Below, in pieces: positions 40,624-53,298 of a DNA stretch of 64,000 nucleotides. Each line of letters begins with the position of its first letter. Position 1 is the first letter of the stretch. This DNA comes from Amoebidium appalachense (Eukaryota > Protista > Ichthyosporea): contig CAVNZM010000015.1 in NCBI GenBank assembly GCA_963693365.1, positions 1,612,001 through 1,676,000 of the forward strand, written 5' to 3'. Position numbers and translations under genes: made by a program. Below the pieces are notes generated by a model. It was given only the letters and a program-made list of their open reading frames with translations. It did no database searches and was not told the origin of the DNA.

Positions 40624-41878
40624 TTATTCGTAAATTTTCAATCCAGTATCCACCCTCTCCACCTTCACAGTGACTTCCGCCAAATCTTTCCCTTCACCCT
40701 TCCCCTCGTTCCCTTCACCACCACCCTCAATCATTTCCTCGTCCTTCATGTTGATATCCTCGTTGCTATCCACTTCCTTGATCTTAACCTTCTTCCTTGG
40801 TTCTGTCTCCGGCTCGTCGTCGGCCGGTCGCACCTTTTTCCTCGGACATATCTCGCCCTCCTCCTCTCCCTCGGTCAACTCTTCCTCACTTGATTCTTCC
40901 TCCTCGCTGCTGCTGTCGGACTCTTCCGAGGAGCTGTTGATATGATCGAGTGTGGTGAGGAAACTGTTGCTATTGCAATGCCTGATGCAATATCATAGCA
41001 CAAGCACAACCCCCCCCCCCCCCCCCCCCCCCCCCCCACCTCCCCCCCCCCCCCCCCCTCTCCCCCCCCCCCCCCCCCCTCTCCCCCCCCCCCCCCCCCC
41101 CTCTCCCCCCCCCCCCCCCCCCCACCTCTCCCCCCCCCCCCCCCCCCCCTCCCCCCCCCCCCCTCTTCCTCCTCCTTGCACACCCATCCGCACTTGAATA
41201 GACAGGCAAACACAAAAAAAACATCACACACACACACACACACACACACACAAGCACACAAGCTTGCGCGGGGGCACACACACACACACAAACACGAAGA
41301 CACCGTGAAAGATACACATACGAGCGCGCACACACGCGCGCACACAGGCACACACATTCACGGTATATACAAAACCAAGCCCCCTCACCTGCCCCCCCCC
41401 CCCCCCCCCCAACCCATCCACCCACCCACCCACGCTCCCCTTCCCATTCCCCATCTCCTCGCCCCTCACTCTCTTACCACATCTTCCACTGATAACAGCG
41501 AGGACCTCCCCCCTCCCCCCTCCCCCCTCCCCCCTCTCTCTCTCTCACACACACACACCCAACCTTCCTCTTCCCCACTTCCTCCCCCCTCCCTCCCTTA
41601 CATCTTTCACTGATAATACACTATCGAGGAACCACCCAAACCCACCTTTCCTCGCTACTTTCTTCCTCCTCACTCTCACTGCTGCTCTCCTCGTCCAGCC
41701 CTTTAAATTTCCGGATTTCCGACGATGTGGCCACGAAAAACACCGGAAATTCCACAAGTTCCGTATCTTGCAGTGCTTCTTTTATGGTTGAGTCCAGAGG
41801 TATTTTTCGGTATCTGATCGAGCCCTGGAATGCATGTGTGCGTGTGTGTGTGTGTGTTTAGGCAGGAAGGGCCCCCGG

Positions 41879-41932
<54 letters not shown>

Positions 41933-42045
41933 TGAATGCATTAAAGGGTTGGAAACACCCTGATGGAGGAGGTGACACCAAAAGGCAAAAAACCAAACGT
42001 CACAAAAAAAAAAAAAAAAAAAAAAAAAAACCGCATCCAAAACCA

Positions 42046-42104
<59 letters not shown>

Positions 42105-42450
42105 AAGACGCCTGAACAGAGCCCATAATTAGGGGAATTCCTATGCCTCTACAAAAGAATGGGTTCCGACTTCAACACCTCTCTTGTGGTCCCATCCGTT
42201 GTTTGTTTGTTTGAGAAAGGGGGGGGGAGAGGGGGGGGGGGGGGGGGGGGGGGGGGTATGCATCAAGAGTATGGGAAGGAAAGAAAAGGATGGGGACGCA
42301 AAACAGAAAACCACAAAACCCTAACATGACCAAGACACACGGAAGAACATGCATACAAGGGACACTTCACAGAGATTTCACCTACGGGAGTTCCTATGCG
42401 TCCGCAACAGAACTAGTTTCCGCTCCTTACTTTTTTCCGTACATACGCAA

Positions 42451-42524
<74 letters not shown>

Positions 42525-42858
42525 ACCTGTGCAATGGGAGGGGCTGGGAAGAGGGGAGGGAGTGGGGAAGAAGGGGATGCGCGGCGGATGGGGGGGGGGG
42601 GGTTCTTACCGGCCTGCCCTCAACTTTCATGAACACGCTAAGTGAGTCCAATTCAGCATCAAAGTACGGTCTGAGCTGTGCCTTCAACACTGCATTTTCA
42701 CCAACCCCACCACCTAGGTGCTTGGTCAGGGAGGATCGGATGGTGGTGGTTTCAGGGACACTGGAAGGGGGGAGAAGATGGTGTTAGAATGTAGAATGGG
42801 GTGGATGAAGGCGGAAGGGGGGGAAGAGGTGCGGGAGGGGGGAAGGGGATAAGGGGGG

Positions 42859-42909
<51 letters not shown>

Positions 42910-43463
42910 TGGGTTTGTGTGGGTGGGCGTGTGCGCGTGCCACAAAGGTGCTTGGTGAGGGAGAAACGGAGGGAGGTGGTCTCGGGGACACTGGAAAGGG
43001 GAGGAGGATGGTGTTCAAAGGAGGTGGAAGGAGGGGGAAGAGGGGAATGGGGAGGGGAGAGGGGAGCGGGGAGCGGGGGCGGCGGGAGAGGGGGGGGGGG
43101 GAGGGGAGGAGGGGAGAGGGCGAGGGGTGGGCGGGAGGGGGAAGGGGAGAGGAGACGGGACGGGGGGGGGGGGGGGGGGGGGAGATGTATGCGTTAGAGG
43201 GTTGAAAATATGGAGGAGACACCAAAGGACAACATATAAAACGCTACGTAAATAAATAAAAAAGAAAGAAATCGAATTATAAAATGGGACAAAGAAACAC
43301 GCAGGCAGAAGACACTCGAGACAGAGCCCATCTCGGGGGGAAGGGAGGGGGGGGGGGGGGGGGGGGGGGGGGCAGAGAGGGAAGGCGGGGGGAGGGGGGG
43401 GAGGGGGGGAGAAGAAGTGGGGAGGGGACGGGAACGGCGAGTAGGAGGGTGAGAGATGGATAT

Positions 43464-43523
<60 letters not shown>

Positions 43524-43534
43524 ATGCGGGGGTG

Positions 43535-43567
<33 letters not shown>

Positions 43568-43590
43568 ATGCGGGGGTGCATGTGTGTGTG

Positions 43591-43658
<68 letters not shown>

Positions 43659-43838
43659 CATATGCATGCGTGTGTGCGTGCACGTGTCTCTCTCTGTGTG
43701 TGTGTGCGGTGGGGGGCGGGGGGAGGGAGGGGGGGGGGGGGGGGGGTTGACGACGAGTAAAGCTAAAAGCAGAAACAATAGAAACCAGTTAAACGTGCAT
43801 TGAAAATAATCACGTGAGCCTGAAGGGGGGGAAGGGGG

Positions 43839-43876
<38 letters not shown>

Positions 43877-44310
43877 TGAATGCGGAACACGGTACGAAGT
43901 ACTCGAAGGACACATGCAAAGGCAAACATTCAAGTATGCAACATAGCCATGCGCACAGTATGCGTCATAAGCAGAGCCCATCCTCAGGGAGGGCCCGGGG
44001 GGGGGGGGGGGGGGGGGGGGAGGTTTGGGAGTATTCATCCGCAAGAGAATCGTTTCAAACTCAACTCTTAGACCTTTCGCGTGTGTTATAAATCGTCCAA
44101 TATATGAACTGCAAAAAGGTTAACCCTTCTTGAACACCGCCGTAAGCCCTCCCTCCCCTCCCTCCCCCCCCCTCCCCCTCCACAAAAAAAAAAAATTGTG
44201 TGTGTGGGGAGAGGGAGGAGGGGGTTGGTGTGTGTGTGGGGGGGGGGGAGAGGGGGGGAGGGATGTGCCATAGAGTATGAAGTACACATTCACAACGGAG
44301 GGGGGTGGAA

Positions 44311-44346
<36 letters not shown>

Positions 44347-44475
44347 CCCTCACATATCGAAAAAAACAAAGCACAGAGCACCGGGGGATTATTGGGTCAC
44401 CTACGCATTCTCTTTGATAATGTGGCTGCAGCCTGAAAAGTGCCAATGGGTAGTCCAGCTGAAGAGATCCTTGCT

Positions 44476-44521
<46 letters not shown>

Positions 44522-45500
44522 AGAATGTGTGCATGAGAAATTGAGGGAGGGACGGGTGAGGGGGTGAGGGGGGGGGGGGGGGGGGGGGGGGGGGGAGTTC
44601 ATGATGTGTTACATCCTCAGGAGAGGTGGGGGAGGGCGGGAGGGTGTGAAGAGGGAAGCGGGAAAGGGGGGGGGGGGAGGGGGGGAGGGGCAATCATTCA
44701 CAGGGAGTTTAATGTGTGTGTTGAGAAAGACGGGGCGGGCGGGGAAGGGTGGGAGAGGAGGAGCCCGGGGGGAGGGGGGGGTAGGGGGGGGGGGTAGGGG
44801 GGAGGAGGGGGGCTTGAAGGAAAAAGGGGCGGGTCAGGGAAACGTAAGTTTTGGGAATTATTGGCATGGGGACAAGGGTGTGTGTGTGTGCATGTGTAGG
44901 TGTTGAGGGAGCCGGTGTATGTGTATGTCTGTCTATTTGTGTGGATATGGATAGTAAATTTTGTTGCTGGGTGAAAGCTCACACGTGCATATTACACCAT
45001 GCATGTACCCGTGCCAGTTGGTATGTGTCTGCGAATCTATTGGCAGATGTGTGTGTGTGTGTGTGTGTGTGTGCGTGCGCGCGCGCGGGTGTGTGCTTGT
45101 GCATGTGCGCAAAGCAGACACGGGTGTGTGCGTGCATGTCCGCGAAAACAATGAGTAGCGCAAGAGAATTTCTGTTTTCAAAGTTATGAGGGTTTGTCGT
45201 GGCATCAGAAAACTTGAGTCCCTTTCTCGTTTTGCCCCCTCCCCTCTCCCTCCCTCCCTCCCCCCCCCCCCCCCAAAAAAAAAAAAAAAAAAAAAAAAAA
45301 ACGGGTACACAATGTCCACATGCCATGACTTCAGGGACCCTCCCCTCCCCCCTCCCCCCCCCCCCCCCCCCCCCCTCCTCCCCTCCCCCTTCCCCTTTCT
45401 CCTTGTTATCACCTTTTCACACATGCACACAGGCTGCCTCCCATCTTCTCCCCCACCCATCCTCCCCCACCCGCCCACTCACCCACCCATACTCTCACCT

Positions 45501-45541
<41 letters not shown>

Positions 45542-45957
45542 ACCCCCACCCCACCCCAAACAGACATGCCCAAAAGCAAAAACGTAATGAACAGCCAACC
45601 CACACAACACCCACGCTCCCTTCCTTCAAACCCATTTACGAAATTCTCCCTACTCCACCTCTTCCCCCCTTCCCCCATGCGCGCGGGAAAAAAAAAAGGC
45701 TCCAAAAACAAAGAAACTAAACGAAAAGAAAAGGCAAAAAGAGAAGTCAAGGCTTTAATAAAAGCAAATCGTCACGAGGTTCACATATCACTGCCTGCAC
45801 ATAGGCAAGTTGAAGGTGCAAGGGGGGGGGGGGGGGGGGGGGAGGGTGGAGGTACCCAATGTCGTAATATGATTGGTTCTCTCTCCTTCGTTGCATTCCT
45901 GCAGGCATAAGGCGGAGGTTGATGCCTCGTTTGGGCACATTACGTAGCAAGATGTTG

Positions 45958-46032
<75 letters not shown>

Positions 46033-46304
46033 CGTGTGTGTGTGTGTGTGTCAGCACGCGTGTGGTTATGTGTGCGAGTGTTTGTGTAGCGTGTTTGTGT
46101 GCGTGCGTGTGTGTCTGTGAGAACGCGCATGTGTGTGTGTGTGTGCATGTGTGTGTATGTGCTTGTGTGTGGGTGTTTGCGTAACCTGTTTATGCGCACG
46201 TGTGCGTGTGGAGGCGCGCGTGTGTGTGTTTGTGTGCAAGTGTGCATGTGAATGTGTGTCACCGGCGAGTGTAGTTATGGATATACACACGTCCGTGCGC
46301 TTGT

Positions 46305-46362
<58 letters not shown>

Positions 46363-46464
46363 GGGGGGGGGGGGGGAGGGGGGGGGGGGGGGGGGGGGGG
46401 GGTCAGTATCTATCTGTATAGGTTGCTCGCATTTATTTGTTCTCTCTCTCTTTTTTTTTTCTTT

Positions 46465-46506
<42 letters not shown>

Positions 46507-47611
46507 GGGGGGGGGGGGGGGGGGGCAGGTGGTTAAATGGCGTAATGCGTAAACTTTGTGTGTTTTTCCCTTTATTAATTGGGGGGGGGGGGGGGGGGGG
46601 GCTTGTGTATGTGTACGCGTGTCTGTGAAAGGGATACTGGGTACCGTTTGTGTGTTCGTCACCCCCTTTTTTCATCATGTGTGTGTGTCTGCAGTCAGAC
46701 CACACATACTGAGGGGAAAGGGTTGAGAAGTCTACAGGGTGGAAGGAAAGTAGACACCAATAACCGGAGGAGGGGCCGGGGAAAGGGTTTTTTTATTGGG
46801 GGGGGGGGGGGGGGGGAAGACAGGGAAGCCAATGGGGAAATTGTGGGGGGAGGGGGAAAGGGGGTAGAGGGGTTTGAATGCATCAGATATCATAGGCTTA
46901 AACAAAAGCCCCGACAAAAATTGATTAAGTCAGAAGTCGAACCTGGGGGTAAGGGAGCAAACATGGAAAGATGAGCCTGCCAGCCAGAGAGTGGTTGGAA
47001 GGAACATCCAAATATATCCCCTCTCCCCCCCTCCCCCCCCCCCTCCCCCACACACACACCGACCCACCCAACCCCCCTCCTCCGACCCATCCACCCTCTT
47101 ACCCCCCCTCCCCCCCCCCCCCCCCCCCCCCCCCCCGGCGCCCTTCCTCCCCCGTATCCCACCGACACTCCATCCCCGCCTGTACGGCCCGAACTTGCCT
47201 TTTTAGGAAGGTCCCTCTGCACCTTCTTCCCCTTTCCGTCTCTCTTTGCATTGTCTGACACCCGGTGGGCATCTTCGAGGAATGTGAAGTCTGGGGGGGG
47301 GGGGGGGGGGGGGGGGGATGTAAGTAAAATGGGGGAGAGCGGGGGGGGGGGGGGGGGGAGGGGGGGGGGGGGGGGGAAGTACCAGGGCGAAAAAGGGGGG
47401 GGGGGGGGGGGAGGGGGAGAGGGAGGATGTTACTAATAGCAACCCAAGTTGTTTTTTGTACCTCCCCCAGAGGTGAGGTGTGGTGAGATAGGGGAACCTG
47501 GGGGAGGGGAGGGAGGGGGGGGGGGGGGGGGGGGATTGGCTGGGTGGTGTGTGCTTGTGTGGGTGTGTGAATGTGCGTGCTCTTGAGCCTATGTGGGTGG
47601 TTGGAGGTAGT

Positions 47612-47645
<34 letters not shown>

Positions 47646-48029
47646 ACAGACAGGGGGGAGACGGAAGAGGGGGGGGGGGGGGGGGGGGCAGATTAAACGG
47701 AGAGAACACACACCGCTCTGTAGTTGTGCGTCAGTGAACTCCGACAGTCTCACAAAGGCCGTCCTGTCACGCATACCGCTACACCCCGTCTCGCTCTTGT
47801 GTCTTTTCACACACTCCATGCTGCAAGATGCCTCGTAACATCTCGGGCAGCGGTATTTCACTGCATTGCCGCATGCCCAACATTCAACCGCTTTTTCTTT
47901 CGCTTCGTTTTCCTGCGTGGTGGGGTGTTTGTGAGAGGGTGTTTGTGTGTGTGTTTGGGGAAACGGGTGGAAGTGGGAAGGGCGGGGAGGGAGGGAAAAT
48001 GGGGTCGAGAAAGAAGTGGTGCCGTGGGG

Positions 48030-48063
<34 letters not shown>

Positions 48064-48488
48064 CTTGAACGCCAACGTGATTGTGGGTACACTTGAGGCA
48101 TATTGTTGTTTGATGTGGACGTTAAGGGAGAGAGGGTGTTGGGAGAGGGAAGGAGGGACTGTTGTGCGGTGCACGTTCGCTAAGTGGTTGCCCGAAGACA
48201 CGGAATGCATGAACGGATGTGTTGTGCATGTAGGCTGGTGGCATATACACTGACAAATACACAAGGACACACACACCGTTCACATACATAAACATCCTAC
48301 GAACAAAAAGCGCACACACAAGAACGTACAACACACAAGCGCACTACATAGGCACACATGAAACACACGTACAGCGACTACATCCAAGCATAAGTGAGCA
48401 TGTTCGCGTACACAGGTGCAAACCCAGCACGTGATCACGAACAAGCACGAACACCAGCCAACGCCGACACACACACAAGAAGAAGCGG

Positions 48489-48536
<48 letters not shown>

Positions 48537-48563
48537 GCACGCACACACACACACGCACACACG

Positions 48564-48630
<67 letters not shown>

Positions 48631-48634
48631 GCGC

Positions 48635-48681
<47 letters not shown>

Positions 48682-48791
48682 CACACACACACCTGGTCCG
48701 CCTGCTTGCTGAGGTCTGTGTTCAGTGCCTCGAGCACCTTGGCCGCATAGTCCGCCTCTGACAACTCTACACCCTCCTCTGGTCCATCCAT
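40624..48791 (-). CDS. BCD1: Box C/D snoRNA protein 1 (zf-HIT; ZNHIT6/BCD1), about 400 aa, 8 exons
   Basis: Exons 48693-48791, 47714-47912, 47199-47290 (GC donor), 45856-45959, 44405-44473, 42610-42760, 41646-41824 and 40624-40933. HIT finger CWAC...KYRCPRC...[26 protein letters not shown], then [39 protein letters not shown] and an acidic tail. Confidence 0.93.
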
Positions 48792-49141
48792 CTTTATTTC
48801 CTTTACCGCAGCTAAAGCTCAAATATGTGCAGCGTGGTAGTTTGGAATGCAACTGAATTTCATATGTTCACGCTGTCAAACAGGCGAGGTGGATCACAAT
48901 CGGTTTCGTTTTGATTGCGCTCTCTTCGGCTCTCGCGTACCTACTAGACACGTCAGTTATCCGCGCTAATTCGTTGAACAACAGTATATGTATTTGCGCG
49001 CGTGTGTGTGATACCCTACAAAAACATCTTTCACATTTCAGCTTCAATGTTCCAACGTGACTGTCTTGTCCACTCGGACAGCGAAAGTGTACGTTGAAAG
49101 CAAGTTTGCACGTGTACATACAGAAATCCCACGCGCACCTG

Positions 49142-49178
49142 ATTGGATAGGCGCGCACCCTACGCACATTTCGATTGG
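49142..49178 (-). promoter_or_regulatory. Paired CCAAT boxes upstream of BCD1
   Basis: ATTGG at 49142-49146 and 49174-49178 (32 bp apart), about 350 bp upstream of the ATG, in repeat-free sequence. Confidence 0.45.
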
Positions 49179-49401
49179 TTGATCGCGTACCAGTGCTTTT
49201 TCATTCATGAAAAGACACGTGCACTTTTCACTTATCAACGTGTGTGACCAAGTATGTATGTGTGTGTTTCTGTATGTTTCTGTGTGTGCGTGCGTGTGTG
49301 TGCATGAGTGTACAGTGTGTGTATGTGTGTCTCACGTGTGTGTGTGTGTGCGCGCCACGCGTGTGTGTGTGTGCGTGAAGTCTGTGTGTCACACTGTGTG
49401 T

Positions 49402-49435
<34 letters not shown>

Positions 49436-49646
49436 CACGGGCCCCCCAGGGCTGCAGCAATACGCGAATGTTTTGCAGAACAACTATTGATGAAGAGCAC
49501 ACTGCATGCGCATATGCCAAAAACAGACTGTGTGCTCAAAGGAGGCTTGTACTTTGTCCAAAACAAAAAGAAGTGTCCACATTTTCTATTTCTTTTCTTT
49601 TTTTTTTTCTTTTTTTTTTTCTTTTTTTTTTTGTGGGGGGACGGAA

Positions 49647-49686
<40 letters not shown>

Positions 49687-50450
49687 TGTCCATAGATCTA
49701 GATTGAGTTGTTTTCTTCGCTGAGAGGGGGGCTCACGGGGACATGTACAGGCACGTGGAGGGGGGGGGGGTAGGGGAGGGCCCGTGGGGGCGGAGGGGGG
49801 GGGGGGGGGGGGGAGGGGGGGGGGGGGGGGGGAAGGGGGGATGCTTTCAGAAGGGGGAAGGAAGTGTTTGGCGGACCCGTGGGTTGGATTCTGCACGAGG
49901 GGGAAGATTGGAGTGGGGTATCACTGTGAGGGGGAAAAAAAAAGGTGAGCAGGGGGGAGGAGGGAGGTGGGGGGGGGAGGGGGGGGGGGGGGGGGGGTTG
50001 AACAAGGGAGGTGCTTGAATTTGAAGCTTTTGAATTTGAAGGGGTAGCCCCGGCGGCGGCGGAGGGAAAGGGGGGAAGAGGGGGGGGTGGGGGTTCTTTT
50101 CTCTGAGCAGGAGGGGGGGGAGGGGGGGGGGGGTTATGGAGGTGGTGGTGGTGGTGGGGGGGGGGGGGGGGAGGCACTTTATAATATGCCATTATCATAG
50201 TTCCTTGGATTCCACCGTAATTTCATCATATTTCGTTTCTGGTTCCATCGCATGGAGCAGAGCTATTAATAAATGCGTGCCAAACGTAATGGCAACAGTT
50301 GTATCATAGTATCATCATGATAGTACAGCCAGCACGGTATGTGCGAAAAAAGCTATATGGAGATTTCTAGAGCACCCAACACTGAGAGCAGCTACCGTTA
50401 TGAAGATCTTTATCATCATTATCACACAGTATATGCATTAGGTTTCAAAT

Positions 50451-50552
50451 TGCGCACACACAATATATGCACTAGGTTTTAAAGTTGTCTAGATCTTTAT
50501 CATTAAAGATCTAAATAAATTTAAAACCTAGTGCATATATTGTGTGTGCGCA
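50451..50552. repeat. 102-bp near-perfect hairpin
   Basis: 33-bp perfect arms (tgcgcacacacaatatatgcactaggttttaaa), a 6x6 partly paired segment, a 10-bp inner stem tagatcttta/taaagatcta and a 4-nt loop. Confidence 0.9.
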
Positions 50553-50801
50553 CACACGTGTTCTACACATTACATAATCAGACACGAATACCACTTATCA
50601 CATAATGCCTACTGCAACCACATTTCTCTATTAGAAAACTTTTGCCACTAGCTTTCAAATACACAGACAAAAAGCCTCTTCTTGGACTTTTCCACAAAAT
50701 ATTTTGAGACAACAGAGGGCAAGAATTCAAAATATAAAATTTCCTAACATTAACCGATAAACTACCCAGTGATAACCCAGACATAGTATTCGCTAATTGG
50801 G

Positions 50802-53258
50802 TTAAGCACTAGCAGGAGCCCGGCACCTCTTCTTCATATCCCTAAGCGCGAAATAATCCCTGAAAGCCGTTGAAATTTCAGCAGGGGGGCCCAAAGCGAC
50901 GCAATCAGTATCCACGGCCTCCATCAGGCCCAGACGCAAATTCTGGACCCCAGTCCAAACCCCCCCGTTGACAACCGGCAGCCTGACAGCTGTAACGAAT
51001 CGGGTCAGCAACCCGTGGGTCGAATCGTCCACATACCAGTTTGGATCCGTTTCTCCGCGAATCTTTGCATTTATCAACATAATCTTCGACAGAAGATCTG
51101 AAGACCTACGGACGGGGCGTGTGTTGGTGCTGTCGTAATGTCCGGGTTGAATGGGGGTTTTCCGGTTACGGTAAGGAGGGGGGCTCGACCCATCATCATC
51201 ATTTTCCGATGCTTCTTCATCGGATTCCGAATCCCTTGTGCCCGCAGGTTGGGGCTTGCCAGCCTTTTTCGGTTTCGATATTGGTTTCCGGTTTGGTATG
51301 TTGTAACCGCTGGGGGTCGGCATATCAACTATATCACTCTTCTCCCCGTTGTCCGCACACAATCCAGGGACCCCACTCACGCATTTGATTGGCCCCTTCT
51401 TTTTCATAGGGGCCACCCCTCTGCTGCGCCGGGTTTTACGGATTCCCGCCAAACGGGTTAACATGTTGTTCACTACCTGTTCAACAACAGCGCCGACGTC
51501 GCTTTTTCCATCCCAAATTAACGGCTTGGGCATTGAATTTCCGTTAGATTCGGGGGGTTCAACGGCGGCGCCGCGGCTGTGTTCCTTAGGCTCGGCGTCC
51601 GCGGCTTTCTGATTGGCTAGGTCGGTGCTTGCGTCGTGTTTTGATTGGACGTTGACGCCTTGGGTGATGACCCATATTGAGGTGCCAGAATCGGATTGGG
51701 TGGATTTCCGCTGGCGTAATTTCCTGCCGGGCCGTTGGGAGCAGCCGCGGGTGGCTTTTCCGGCGGCTTCGGCCGAGTTCCGGGGGGGATATATCCCGGG
51801 GGTGGCTTAATGGTGCCTTGAATAATTCCCTTGGTGTAATCGTCGGTTTCACTGAGCACCGGTACCGAGATCTGCGGAAGATTTGCCCGCATGGACTTTA
51901 GGTATTCCTCGATCTCGCTGGGGGACATATTGCGCAAATTTGCTTTTCCTGCGGCTGGCGGGGTCGAAAGTTCATCGTCTGAAAGCTCGGGATTGGAGAC
52001 GTCGTCGTCGTCTTCTGGTGTGGGTTTGGAGGTATACTTTGGCTGGGGTTGGGGTGTGGTGGTTGAGGGGGGTTTTACAGGTGGCGTCTGTGGTGTGAGT
52101 GGGGCCTTTGGTGCTGCCGCTGAGTCAACTTGAGCCTGGGCTAATACCGGTATAGGCTGGGCCGGGGGTTGGGGTCCTACGGGTGGGGCCTCGGAGGAGG
52201 GCTGGGTTTCTACAGGTATAGGCTGGGGCGGGGGTTGAGGTAATACCGGCAAATTAACCGGTATAGTCGGGGGTTGAGGTAATACCTGTACCGGTATAGG
52301 CTGGGCCGGGGGTTGGGGTAATGCCGGTATAGGCTGGGCCGGAGGCGCCTGGGGTGCTACGGGTGTGGGCTGGGCTGGGAGCTGTTTAACGGGTTGAGCT
52401 TGAGGAGGTGCAAAGGCAGCCTTGAGTTTGTTGAATAAGTCAGCGAAAATTGTGGTGAATCGGCGTGTAAGTTTGTGGTTCTCCCCCATGGAGATAGATG
52501 TTGGGCCCCACAAATCGTCTTGCCTAGTGTCGGACGGGGGGGTCTGTTCTTCGAAATTCAGGCTGCGTCGTCGTGCTCGCCCACCGTTGGCCTGGAACTT
52601 CTTAAAAAAATCTGCCAATGCGCTAAAAACCCCGGAGGTAGGTGGGGGTGAAACAGGGGGGAAGACGGGGGTGGTGGGGGTGGGGGGGTGGGGGGGTTTA
52701 TTCCTTGCCCGGCAATTGCTGCAGCGACCCGTTGAAACATGGACTGTACTGCCCCTGAAATCCCAGATGGGGGGGCAGTGGCTGTGGTGGTGGTGGTGGC
52801 GGCGGTGGTGGGGGTGGAGGGGGAGGGGAGGTGCAACAGGTGATATTTGGGGAGGGAGGCCCATCCGCTCCCGCAAAATTCTGACAATATCAAAGAAACT
52901 GCGCCGAGCGAGGCGTCGGGACTTTTGCACCGTCGACGGGGAATTATACTGCACTAATAACCTTATCTGATTGGTTGGGGGCGTGATGATAATGGTGGGT
53001 GAAACCCAAGGAATAGCGCTGGGGCACGAAGAGAGAAGGGTGGAGTATGTAGTATCGTCAGCTACATCCGTGCCATAGATATATCCGAGGGTGGATATAC
53101 AAACGAGGTTGCGCGGGGTGGCCGGGCTGCGGTCGAACCCGGGCATGGGGGTGTCCATTCGCGGATTTGCGCCGACACTGGTTGGTTTATCGGGCGGGCC
53201 GTTGCATGCCTGTAGGGTTGAAAATTTTGTGGTGTCTGAGTATTTGAGAGCCCCCCCC

Positions 53259-53298
<40 letters not shown>

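Noticed and set aside
44401-44404. Apparent in-frame TAG in BCD1 exon 5
   Set aside because: It disappears when the donor GC|gtaggt at 44404 is used, which also gives the phase needed for the next exon.
50802-51533. Independent 243-aa gene
   Set aside because: Its C-terminus is homologous to the end of the intact tyrosinase, so it is the frameshifted tail of the paralog.
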